A DNA stretch of 64,000 bases from Gemmatimonadota bacterium (GTDB lineage Bacteria > Latescibacterota > UBA2968 > UBA8231): contig JAYPJE010000016.1 of the NCBI GenBank assembly GCA_038128265.1, positions 13,650 to 77,649 of the forward strand. The letters are read 5' to 3'. Within the stretch, counting starts at the first letter, position 1. Each line of letters starts with the position of its first letter. The position numbers and the translations under genes were made by a program. Of the stretch, positions 29,748 through 39,067 are shown one piece after another. The notes under the pieces were generated by a model. That model saw only the letters and a program-made list of their open reading frames with translations. It ran no database searches and was not told the DNA's origin.

Positions 29748-31033
29748 AGGTCGTCCCCCTGCGCATAAATCCGATCCAGGTAGTCGTTGGTTGTCTGGTG
29801 CGCGCGGGCCAGCGCCTCTTCGACCGACTCGCGTCCCGCCAGGGCCGCGTCTAAATCGTCGAGCATAAAGCGGTACAAATCCTCCCACCAGAGTTCCTGC
29901 GGAAAGAGATGGACGTCGTACTCCATCGATTCGACAAAGGTTTCTTCAGACCACGGCGTATCGTCGCGCACAAAAGCACGGCGGGCCACCGATCGCTGCG
30001 GCGGCATATCGCTGCCGAGCTGGGCCATTGCCGCCGTAGCCTGCGAGCCCACCATGTGCTTGACCAGATCCCAAGCCAACTCGGGCTGCTTGCTGTTTTT
30101 CCAGATGGTAAAACCAACGCTTGCGTAGCGCGTTTTGCGCCCGTCGGGCCCTTTGGGAAACAGGGCCGTATCCCACTCAAAGCGATCGAGGTACTGGTAC
30201 TGCGGTATGCGCCACGGGCCGGAAATATCGATGGCAATGCGCCCGGCTTCAAAGGTGAACGTGCTCATCGTCGCGTCCGTACGCATGCCAGGGCGCGGCG
30301 GACTGACCTGGTGCTTGAAGTATAGATCGACGTAAAACTGGACCGCATCGCGCACGCTGGGATCGTCGAGGTTGGATACGTAGCGACCGTCTTCCATCCG
30401 CAAAAACTTTCCCCCGCCGCTCCAAACGTAGTTCGCGATGTCGTAGGGAGAGCAACCGTACACGTCGTATAAGCCGTCTTGATCGACGTCGATGGTGAGC
30501 TTTTTGGCTTTTTCAAGCAGCTCATCCCACGTCCAGTCGGGCGATGGGTACTCGACGCCGTACTGGTCGAACAAATCTTTATTGTAAAAGCACGTGACCG
30601 TGCTGCCCTTAACCGGTAGACCATAGAGCGTGCCGTGGTAGCTATAGGCTTCCAAGCCAACCGGATAATAATCACCGACGTCGATACCGTCGCGTTTGAC
30701 GAGTTCATCGAGCGGCAGCAGCTGCCCCGTGCTAGAGACCTGCGCCATTTGTCTCCAGTGCAGCACGCAAACATCGGGCGCATGCCCTGCATCCATACCG
30801 GTGAGTAATTTTTGCACTACGCTGCGCCCGGGCACAACCTCCAAGCGAAAAAGCTTATCGGGGTTTTCGCGCCGGTACTGCTCTGCCATGCGCCGAAAGA
30901 GCTGTGCTTCCTGTGGCGAGCCGTATACCCACACAGTGAGCATATCTTCCGCAGGATGCCAGTTGATGTAGCGCGCACCAACAAATGCGACGAGCACTGC
31001 GGCACACGCAGCGAATAGCCTTATATACAGCAT
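29744..31033 (-). CDS. Sugar ABC transporter substrate-binding protein
   Basis: N-terminal hydrophobic anchor, APDV, LYGLP, FYNKDLF, WTWDE. Likely start is MLYIRLF at 31033. Confidence 0.92.
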   Translation of the reverse strand: MLYIRLFAACAAVLVAFVGARYINWHPAEDMLTVWVYGSPQEAQLFRRMAEQYRRENPDKLFRLEVVPGRSVVQKLLTGMDAGHAPDVCVLHWRQMAQVSSTGQLLPLDELVKRDGIDVGDYYPVGLEAYSYHGTLYGLPVKGSTVTCFYNKDLFDQYGVEYPSPDWTWDELLEKAKKLTIDVDQDGLYDVYGCSPYDIANYVWSGGGKFLRMEDGRYVSNLDDPSVRDAVQFYVDLYFKHQVSPPRPGMRTDATMSTFTFEAGRIAIDISGPWRIPQYQYLDRFEWDTALFPKGPDGRKTRYASVGFTIWKNSKQPELAWDLVKHMVGSQATAAMAQLGSDMPPQRSVARRAFVRDDTPWSEETFVESMEYDVHLFPQELWWEDLYRFMLDDLDAALAGRESVEEALARAHQTTNDYLDRIYAQGDDL

Positions 31034-31050
31034 GGCTGAGCCTTGGCAGG

Positions 31051-31091
31051 AATAAAAAAATCCCCATCCATCAGAAAGTCGAACGGATGGG
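31051..31091 (-). terminator. Intrinsic terminator-like hairpin with U-tract
   Basis: Minus strand CCCATCC-N15-GGATGGG then GATTTTTTTATT. Confidence 0.5.
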
Positions 31092-31148
31092 CTCGAGCGA
31101 AATTTCGCGCCGTGCAAGGAGAACACAGCTGCGAAGAACACCACGCGT

Positions 31149-31183
31149 TTGCTGCGACAGCTCGTGAGAGTCTGTCGCAGCAA
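31149..31183 (-). terminator. Stem-loop after the CBM9-like gene
   Basis: TTGCTGCGACAG-N11-CTGTCGCAGCAA, a 12-bp stem. Confidence 0.6.
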
Positions 31184-31223
31184 TCGCCGTGATTGATACC
31201 ACAACTACTACATTGCTACTAGC

Positions 31224-32114
31224 TTAGAACTGAGCTTTGATCATACCCCAGCTAGCGGCTTCAACAGCGGTAGAACCGCCTTCCGGCCATGCAATAGCCG
31301 GATCCAACGGAGCAATCAACAGGTCCATATCGGCATGGCAGCAACCCTCAACCTGGGTGCCCCACTGACCGATGCGGTTGTCGCCTTCACCTTCACCACC
31401 ATCAACCTCGTTGACGATGAAACCGACGTGAATCGTCTCGCCTTCGGTCAGGTTGTGGATATTGACCTCAGCCTCCGTAGCTTCCGAGTTCTTCGGCATG
31501 CTGCTGATCGGCTGAATTGAGACTTCGTAGGTGTAGGTGCTCTCGCCATACTCTTCACCTTCGAAGCTGTAGTCCACGGTGAACCACTGCGAACCGCTGG
31601 TCAACCAGGGTAGGGTCTTGTTGGGACGCAGCCACTCGAAGGTGCCTTCGACCGGCGGAAAAGCGAACTTGTACGAAAAGCTCGTGGCCGTCTCGCCAGC
31701 GTTGTGCTGGTCGCGGGACTCGTGCAGTGCGTTGACGTCGATTTCCCAGCTATCATCCCAGAAAAACTTACCCGGGTCCTGACGGCGAATCACGTGGATA
31801 TCGTCGTAGACGCGGCTCGTCATGTAGAGATTGTTGCTTGCTTCGTTCCAACCGGCCAGGTGGCGAATGTTCAACGAGCTAGCGTCGAGCTCTTCGATAC
31901 CAGCCGCTTCGGCAAAGCCGTCCAGCGAGTTGAGACGGTCGTTCTGAATGCCGTACACATCGACGGGAATCATGGCCCAGTCGGCATCGCTACCGTCGAT
32001 CATAGGCTGATTGCCATCGGGAAACTGCACGGCAACCATCAGACCGTTGTCGTGGGCCTGTGCGGAAAACGCACCGACCAAAACAGCCGTCATCGCAATG
32101 ATTGACTTCCTCAT
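31224..32114 (-). CDS. Secreted CBM9/DOMON-like putative sugar-binding protein with TAVExxSWGxIK tail
   Basis: Signal peptide (AQA-H), PMIDGSDADW, GWN...NLY....VYDD, WDDSWEI; ends STAVEAASWGMIKAQF; GAGGAG RBS. Confidence 0.65.
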   Translation of the reverse strand: MRKSIIAMTAVLVGAFSAQAHDNGLMVAVQFPDGNQPMIDGSDADWAMIPVDVYGIQNDRLNSLDGFAEAAGIEELDASSLNIRHLAGWNEASNNLYMTSRVYDDIHVIRRQDPGKFFWDDSWEIDVNALHESRDQHNAGETATSFSYKFAFPPVEGTFEWLRPNKTLPWLTSGSQWFTVDYSFEGEEYGESTYTYEVSIQPISSMPKNSEATEAEVNIHNLTEGETIHVGFIVNEVDGGEGEGDNRIGQWGTQVEGCCHADMDLLIAPLDPAIAWPEGGSTAVEAASWGMIKAQF

Positions 32115-32249
32115 TGTGTTTCTCCTCAATAAACAAGGTGGTTAAAAAAGACTTCACGTTTTGCCGTTAACAGCACGGCGAACTACTCCTTTACCTCCTT
32201 TCACTTTCAACAAATGCAGCGATAGACACTGCACAGATGGACTGTTGGG

Positions 32250-34898
32250 CTATTCTAACCCAGCATACACGGTAATAAATGCCTGTGTTCCCGTACTGGA
32301 TTCTGCTGCAGCAAAGTCCTTACGCTCCATGGACAGGCCGACGAGCGCCTTGATAACGTATCCCTGATAGGCTGACGTATTGTTAAACTGCACGGCGCCC
32401 AAAAGGGAATTAAAGTCATTTACATCGTTATCCAAGTCGTTGAAGATCACGTACTCGACACCTGCCTGCAGTGATGTCACTTTGAGCAGCGGCAGTTCCA
32501 CCAACGTCGAGAAGATCTCCGTCAGCGATTTATTGCCGCGCTGAGTAAACAGGTCTCGACTCTGGTTTATGTATTCACTCTTCCAGCGCGGTTCGACACG
32601 AATACGGCCCAGATCGCGCTTGTAGCTCACTTTGTTGATAAGTCCGAAGAAGAAGTCCGACTTGTCCACGTTGTACTGCTCGCGCAGCTGGCGGTTCATT
32701 AACTGCCGATAGAGCATGTAGTTCACCTTGTTGGTCAGTTTAAACGCACCAACGCTCAGGTTATGCCCCAAATACGACTGGTTGACAAACGAATCGCGCG
32801 CGATGAGCGGGTCTTCTATGCGCGTTAGGCTACCGCCGCGCAGCGTATTATCGGGAGCCCACTGCAGCAGCGGATTGGCAATATCGTCTGCGACCTTCTT
32901 GTTCATTTGAAAGAAACGCACATTGCCGTAGCGCGGAGAGCTTCCATCATACGTGAGTAACACGTAATCACCGTGGTTTTTTTGGTCCGAAGAAATGAGC
33001 TCTTCGCGCAGTAAACCGACCATCAGGCGCATTCCCGGCAGCAGATTGACGCCGCCGTACACGTTGTATCCACGGTGGTCTTTGCGATACGGGTAGTCAG
33101 GCAATTCGTCGTTTTCGTACTGGTCGACCCAAAAGTTGTTGTTCATATCCATGCCGAACAGGAACTCTGGTCGATCTACGGAAAAGCGCAAAAAAGGCTC
33201 TTCGTAATCGGGCAGAGAGTTCATCTTTACCCGGTTATCATTCTGGTTCAGATCAGGAAGAAAATCGTTATTGGCATCCCAGCCGGGAAAGACTTGACGA
33301 TCGGGCGCATTCCAATCGGCTCTAAACCAATCGGGAATGCGGTCCTGGTCGTCGTTATCCTCGACCAATTCAACTATGCTGCCCGGATGTGAATAGTCGA
33401 TGTCTCCCTGAGTGTCCGTAACAAACGACTGCGTATTGTAGAAGGGATCCATCGAGTAGGCCTCGCCGTATGCGAAAAAGCGCTCCGACCTTTTGGACGC
33501 ATTGATCATCCAAGCCGGCGACTTGCTCTTACCGCGTATACCCGATGTGGCCCTATGCGACTCCTCGATTTGGTTGGGATATTTGCGAAAGCTCCAGCTT
33601 AAATCGTACTCGGCATACAGATCGAGCCCCCACAGATCAGATATGTTCAACGTCCAACCCAAGACGCTGGTAGAGGTGGGAAGACCGTAATCAAAACTGA
33701 CGGTGCGCAGGTTGGTGATGTCCTGAATATTGCCTTCTGCTTGGGCCACCATCAGCAGCACGGGGTTTCCGCTGCGATCCGTCTGGCGGTCCGACGTCAT
33801 CCAAATCTGATAGTCGTTGGCGACCACCAATTGGAACTCGACGCCCACCACTTCGGAAGCATCCCCCTTGGCCCGATTGACAAAGGCCGGCGCGTTGAAG
33901 TCGTAGAGGATGCGAATTTCTTCGTTTCCATCGGCGGAAATATACCCTCTATCGACCACACCTCCCTCGACGACGGGCAAGAATCGCAGGTCACTGCCCC
34001 GATCAACGGAACCGTCGCGATAGGTTATGACAATATCCGAACCCGAAGGAAAATACGCCGCACCGCCGGTTCCATCTTCGGGTGAATCATCCCGCAGGAC
34101 GACCTGTATGGTAGATATCGTCTGGTTCTGCCGCGTAGTTAACCCTCCGCGCAGCTGGTTCTCCACCAAATCATCCGAGCGCGTATTGGAATTGTGCGAG
34201 TTAACGGCGTGTGCGCCAATCTTGACAAAATCGCCGACCTGCGTGGCGATGCGCGTCCCGAACAGCGTCGTATTATTGGTCTGCGAGACCTCTACGCCCT
34301 GGGTGCCGCGCGGCCCCGTAAAGCGCGCATAGACTATCGAGGCTTCGTGCTTGTCGTTTGCCAGGTCAAACTGAATGCCGTCCAAGCGCGGCTTGGAAAA
34401 TGACATCGGCGTAAACGTCGTGCGCAGGTTCGAACTGATAGTCAGCCCGTAGTGGTACTGGCCCCGGTGATCGCCTGCGACCACGAGTTCGGCAAACCAA
34501 GAGCGAAAGCGATTGGCCTTGAATAGGACGTTGCCAAAGTCTTGTCCACTGGTCTCACCGCTGTTAAATATTAGCCATCCCTGCGATAGGCGGTTGCCGT
34601 ACAAATCGTAGAAGTAGTCACCCGTCAGGCTGATATCGACCGGCCGAAGATACGGTTCGCGCGCGTAGTTGGTATACTCCCACTGGCGCCAGCGATACTC
34701 TGGGTAAAGCTCTTGAGGGACGTACCAACGCCGCACAGCGGGATCAACCGTCCCGACGTTTACATCGACCCCCTGTGGAGCATAGCTGATATCGTCTCTA
34801 AACTGCTGTCCCAATAGCGTTCCGTAGTTGATCTGAGCCTCTGCGGAATGGCAAAGCAGCATGAGAAAGAAGAAACTATGGCGGCACAATTTATGCAT
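32250..34898 (-). CDS. Large exported protein, predicted outer-membrane beta-barrel (paralog B)
   Basis: Signal peptide (AEA-Q), alternating amphipathic strands in the C-terminal third, Asp/Asn-rich loops; collinear with 40998-43670. Confidence 0.6.
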   Translation of the reverse strand: MHKLCRHSFFFLMLLCHSAEAQINYGTLLGQQFRDDISYAPQGVDVNVGTVDPAVRRWYVPQELYPEYRWRQWEYTNYAREPYLRPVDISLTGDYFYDLYGNRLSQGWLIFNSGETSGQDFGNVLFKANRFRSWFAELVVAGDHRGQYHYGLTISSNLRTTFTPMSFSKPRLDGIQFDLANDKHEASIVYARFTGPRGTQGVEVSQTNNTTLFGTRIATQVGDFVKIGAHAVNSHNSNTRSDDLVENQLRGGLTTRQNQTISTIQVVLRDDSPEDGTGGAAYFPSGSDIVITYRDGSVDRGSDLRFLPVVEGGVVDRGYISADGNEEIRILYDFNAPAFVNRAKGDASEVVGVEFQLVVANDYQIWMTSDRQTDRSGNPVLLMVAQAEGNIQDITNLRTVSFDYGLPTSTSVLGWTLNISDLWGLDLYAEYDLSWSFRKYPNQIEESHRATSGIRGKSKSPAWMINASKRSERFFAYGEAYSMDPFYNTQSFVTDTQGDIDYSHPGSIVELVEDNDDQDRIPDWFRADWNAPDRQVFPGWDANNDFLPDLNQNDNRVKMNSLPDYEEPFLRFSVDRPEFLFGMDMNNNFWVDQYENDELPDYPYRKDHRGYNVYGGVNLLPGMRLMVGLLREELISSDQKNHGDYVLLTYDGSSPRYGNVRFFQMNKKVADDIANPLLQWAPDNTLRGGSLTRIEDPLIARDSFVNQSYLGHNLSVGAFKLTNKVNYMLYRQLMNRQLREQYNVDKSDFFFGLINKVSYKRDLGRIRVEPRWKSEYINQSRDLFTQRGNKSLTEIFSTLVELPLLKVTSLQAGVEYVIFNDLDNDVNDFNSLLGAVQFNNTSAYQGYVIKALVGLSMERKDFAAAESSTGTQAFITVYAGLE

Positions 34899-34926
34899 AA
34901 AATTCCCTGCCCAATTAAGACCTCGG

Positions 34927-36942
34927 CTAATAGGCGACCGAAACGATACCGGTAGCCATCTTGCTGCCGCCGTCCACGTCGAGTTCAACCTGATACATGT
35001 ATATGCCCGGGCTAACCAGCACGCCAACCTCGTCGCGGCCATCCCAGGCAATTCCAAACGATCCGCTGCGCGTCAATTCGTTGCCTATGCGGCGCACTAA
35101 ACGCCCCGTTAGGTCGAATACGTTTACCGCAACCTCCGCATTGCCCTCGACGTTGCGCACGTCGTATTCGATAAGCACCTGGTCGTTGATTCCATCGCCG
35201 TTGGGTGTCAATACGTTTGACGATAGCTGCACATCGCTAATCAACTGGCCGCTCATCGGCGTGCGCACAGCTAGTACATCTCCGCCAAAGCGAAAGGTCG
35301 CATTGCCCGGTTTAATCTGCTGTTTCAACTCCGGCTCTGCGCTGTCGTATACCCAACCCGTAAACTCCGTGCCAAACCGCAGCACCTTGGCATCGAATAC
35401 CACCTCTATGCGCTTTTCGTTATCCTGCGGAGCCACCAGTCGGTCAAAGCTCAATACAATTCGATCGTCCTCGATCTCAGGCGGAAAGCGATCGATCATC
35501 TCGACGCCGTCGACCAATACCGACTGAACCGACTGAACGCGCGTCTGCGTGAAGATCTCTAGTTTGTCAAAGCCCTTGTCGCCCGTATCGAGCAGCGGCC
35601 GCACGACGTAGGTGAACGTGTGCACGTCAAAGCTCTCCGTCACCAACGGCCAGATCTCGCCCAGGACTTCCTGCGCGGCCGGCTGTTCATCAAAGAGAAA
35701 TGCCATCTCGTCTATGCGCGGTGCAATCTGGCCGCTGCTGCGAAAAACAACCTGAAACTGCAGATAGCGCGTGGGACTCGGAGACTGCACGACGACGCCA
35801 TCTACCCACTCTTCACTCGGGTACTGTTCGTCTTGCAGACCGGCGTTAAAATCGTACGGCGGCGACCAGGTCGACCATGCTTCGCGGTTGTATTCGCGCC
35901 GAATCTGGCCATACAAACCCGAGTTGTATGCGCCGCGATACTCGCTTTGTGTCACTTGCTCGAACTCCCCAGTGCTACCCACGCGCCAGAATATGTACGG
36001 CTGAGGCGTGTTGCCGGTCCGCGTGCGCAGCATGATCTCGCTGCCCTCGGGAAACGCACCCTTCCAGCGCACCTTACTCCATGCAACGGGTTTGCCAAAG
36101 TCCAGCACAGGGCTGGTATAGCTCGTGTTGGTGACATAGCCATCGCCGTAAATTTCAAATTCGGCAATCTCCCAATCGCGTTCGGCATTGATCGGGCGTA
36201 TTGCAATCCAATGCAAATCGCGCGTTGGAAAACGCAAATCCACTACGGCGTCCAAGTTTTCCGTGTTGCGCTGCAAAATATCCAGAGCCGGGTCGTTGGC
36301 CGCTGTTAGCGTGCGATCAATGTCATAGTACCAGCGCTTGCCGGGCTGGTTCATCCCCGGAGCCGCAACAAAGGGCGCCGTGCCATCCGCCACGCCAATC
36401 TCGTACCACTGCAGATAGTTTTCTTCAAAACCCGGGCGGGGATAAAATCGGATGCGGTTAATAGGCAGCTCTGCTCCCAGGTTAACTATCAGGTTTTTCA
36501 CATAACCGATGTTGAGACCCTGTAAACGCGGCGAAAACTCAACGCGCCGCAGCAGCGCAGTTGAGGGATCGCCATCAATCAGTACCTGCAATGCCTTCGT
36601 TGCCTCACGCGCGTATGAAGCACTCACGCTGGAGTTGAGGTGGCCTTTGCGATCGGCCAGGCTGCGCGATAGGTTTTCGTTTGGATCGATCCACACCGGA
36701 CCGATACTGTTATTGGCGTAGTCAATCATCGTGTCGATACCCGCAACTTCCGGCGCATAGTTGACCGAGCCCGTCGCCGTAACTACACCGCTCCGATCCA
36801 CGATCAGATAGACCGCATTTTCGCCCGTTATCAGCCCCTGCCACGTGTTGCCATCAACGCCGCCCAGACGAAACTCGGATCGAGCCCACAGGCCATCGGC
36901 CAAAAACAAGAGCAATCCCATAAAGACTAATCGTCGCATCAT
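34927..36942 (-). CDS. Secreted protein with discoidin-like region and TPNGD/FlgD-Ig C-terminal domain
   Basis: Signal peptide, LIDGDPST, RTRTG..WSTWS..SPSPTRY; C-terminal TPNGDGIND..FDLTGRLVR..WDGRD..G..V.PG.Y. Confidence 0.7.
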   Translation of the reverse strand: MMRRLVFMGLLLFLADGLWARSEFRLGGVDGNTWQGLITGENAVYLIVDRSGVVTATGSVNYAPEVAGIDTMIDYANNSIGPVWIDPNENLSRSLADRKGHLNSSVSASYAREATKALQVLIDGDPSTALLRRVEFSPRLQGLNIGYVKNLIVNLGAELPINRIRFYPRPGFEENYLQWYEIGVADGTAPFVAAPGMNQPGKRWYYDIDRTLTAANDPALDILQRNTENLDAVVDLRFPTRDLHWIAIRPINAERDWEIAEFEIYGDGYVTNTSYTSPVLDFGKPVAWSKVRWKGAFPEGSEIMLRTRTGNTPQPYIFWRVGSTGEFEQVTQSEYRGAYNSGLYGQIRREYNREAWSTWSPPYDFNAGLQDEQYPSEEWVDGVVVQSPSPTRYLQFQVVFRSSGQIAPRIDEMAFLFDEQPAAQEVLGEIWPLVTESFDVHTFTYVVRPLLDTGDKGFDKLEIFTQTRVQSVQSVLVDGVEMIDRFPPEIEDDRIVLSFDRLVAPQDNEKRIEVVFDAKVLRFGTEFTGWVYDSAEPELKQQIKPGNATFRFGGDVLAVRTPMSGQLISDVQLSSNVLTPNGDGINDQVLIEYDVRNVEGNAEVAVNVFDLTGRLVRRIGNELTRSGSFGIAWDGRDEVGVLVSPGIYMYQVELDVDGGSKMATGIVSVAY

Positions 36943-36970
36943 AATCGCATCTCCGAGCTCAGATTACACA

Positions 36971-39067
36971 TCAATACGCCACGCCAAATGGCTGAATAGT
37001 AGCACTAGAACGCGCATCGCCCTCCACTTCAACTTGTAGCAAATAGAGACCCGGCGGCACCAACTCCCCGCCGTCATTGCGACCATCCCAGTTCAACTCG
37101 GGCTGGCTGTCGGCGTTGTAAATTCCGTTGTCGGCCAGTCCAACATACAGTCTGCGCACGCTCTGTCCCGCCAGGTTGAATATTTCCACGGAGACCCGTG
37201 CCTCACCGACGACGGCGAGAATTTCATAGCTCATTTGCAAGCGGTCGTTTACTGCGTCGCCGTTGGGCGTCACCACGGTTGTTGAGACATTTAACGCACC
37301 GACCAGGCTGCCCGAGTTAACGCTCGGGCTCAGCACCGTAATGTCAGATTTAAACGGCACGTCTTCGTCGTCGAGCAAAGCCGCATCGCCGGCAACGACG
37401 CCCTGAAAAGCCTCCTCAGCCAACAGCAGCACCCGACCTTCAAAGGTCGTGCTAAAGGACAGCACGCGGCTGACAAAGTGCACTTTAACCACCGAATTGT
37501 TGTCCAATACGCGCGGAAAGCGCACCACAAACCCATCGTCTGTTATGGAGACAATCTCCACATCGTCCTCTGCAGTGGGACGATCCTGAGTAACAAACGT
37601 GTGATCAATCACGGCACTGCCTGTACCATCCAGAATTTCTATTCGATCAATGCTCTTCACGCGCGTGCCCGTGGTCAATTCGAGCGTGTCAAAGCCCTGT
37701 ATCTGTCCGCTGGTCATGTCGGTGCGCAGCGCATACACAAAGGGAATGTCCGTAGCCGCCGGCACTTCGCGCGGAAAGATTTCGCCAACGATCTCATCGG
37801 CCAGCGGCGGCGAGGTAAAGTCAAAGGAAAGCTGATCCAGCGCGTAGCTGGCCTCTAGGTCTTCGCTGAGAAAATCGACGCGAAACTGAATATACTGACG
37901 AGGTCCAGGTGATATGATGGGCACGCCGTTTTCACTGGTGCCGTCTTCTAGTGAGTAGGGTGAAGTCCACGGGCTCCAGTTTTCAAGATCGTCGCGCACC
38001 GAACCGCGTTCCCATTCATCAGACTGACCACCTTTTTCGGGCAGGCGAAGATATTCACGACGCTCCAACGGCTGCGTGGGGTCGCTCACCGAGAGCGGTA
38101 TCTCTTGTGCATCCTGCAAACCGACGCGCTTGCGCGTGTAGGCGAACGGCGTGGAATCGCTGCCGCTGCGCGAGCGAATCTGCATATCAACCCGATCTGC
38201 ATTGCCAACCAAATTCTGCAGCCAGCGCAAGCGCCCCCAGTTGGCAGGAGACCCCATGTCGATTACGGGCGATATGTAGCGCGCCGTAGGAAAGAACCCC
38301 TCTCCAAATACCTGAATTTTCTCTATTTCAAACGGAATCGAAGACGTCGCACGCAGACGCAAAAAACGCAGCAGGCGAGGGGGGTCGATGTTGATTTCCG
38401 TTATCGGGCTGTCGTTGTTGGTGCGCGTTTCGTATAGCTCCCAGATCGGATTACCCGCTTCTGTCAGCACCACGCCATCGTTGATACTCACTTCAAAGTT
38501 TTTGAGGAAGTCGCCTTGAAACGGCGTGGCTGGAGACGGGAATACGGTATTCCGAGGAAAGAATCGCAGCTGATTCACCCCAAAGCGCCCACCCAGATCC
38601 AACACCATGAGCGTGCCGAGAACAAAGTTCCCCTTGCGCTCAAATGCCCTTCCATTCGGCGACGACGTAATGAGTTGGTCGAGCGTCTGTCGCAGCTGTG
38701 CATCAGATATATCGAGCACCGTTGGCGTCGTGAGCCGACCGCCCCGTTCGCTTATTTGCGTCGCAATGTTTTCGCCGACACCGACGCGGCCCGGCAATAT
38801 ACTACCGGGGAAATCGGCGCTGGAAAAATCGATCAGCTTCGAGGGCGTATTCCCTATTTCCGTAACGGTGGGATCGAGCGGCGAGCGATATTCGGGATCA
38901 ATTGCAGAGAATACAACTCCGCTTACCACGTCGCCCTCCCAACTGATCTGACCGTCTCTGCCGAGCGTTAATACCTCGGCTGCGTCTGCGCTAGGCAGAC
39001 TCCCCAGACAGGCCAGCAGAGCGCCAGACGCGCACCAACTCAGCAACTTGCTTCTCATGCTCCTCAT
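36971..39067 (-). CDS. Secreted protein with TPNGD/FlgD-Ig C-terminal domain (paralog)
   Basis: Signal peptide, DLGGRFGVNQLRFFPR, RSRSG..WSPWT..SPGPRQY; TPNGDAVND..WDGRNDGGELVPPGLY. Confidence 0.7.
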   Translation of the reverse strand: MRSMRSKLLSWCASGALLACLGSLPSADAAEVLTLGRDGQISWEGDVVSGVVFSAIDPEYRSPLDPTVTEIGNTPSKLIDFSSADFPGSILPGRVGVGENIATQISERGGRLTTPTVLDISDAQLRQTLDQLITSSPNGRAFERKGNFVLGTLMVLDLGGRFGVNQLRFFPRNTVFPSPATPFQGDFLKNFEVSINDGVVLTEAGNPIWELYETRTNNDSPITEINIDPPRLLRFLRLRATSSIPFEIEKIQVFGEGFFPTARYISPVIDMGSPANWGRLRWLQNLVGNADRVDMQIRSRSGSDSTPFAYTRKRVGLQDAQEIPLSVSDPTQPLERREYLRLPEKGGQSDEWERGSVRDDLENWSPWTSPYSLEDGTSENGVPIISPGPRQYIQFRVDFLSEDLEASYALDQLSFDFTSPPLADEIVGEIFPREVPAATDIPFVYALRTDMTSGQIQGFDTLELTTGTRVKSIDRIEILDGTGSAVIDHTFVTQDRPTAEDDVEIVSITDDGFVVRFPRVLDNNSVVKVHFVSRVLSFSTTFEGRVLLLAEEAFQGVVAGDAALLDDEDVPFKSDITVLSPSVNSGSLVGALNVSTTVVTPNGDAVNDRLQMSYEILAVVGEARVSVEIFNLAGQSVRRLYVGLADNGIYNADSQPELNWDGRNDGGELVPPGLYLLQVEVEGDARSSATIQPFGVAY

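Noticed and set aside
27895..31033. Sugar ABC system lacking an ATPase
   Set aside because: Common; CUT1 systems often share an MsmK/MalK encoded elsewhere.
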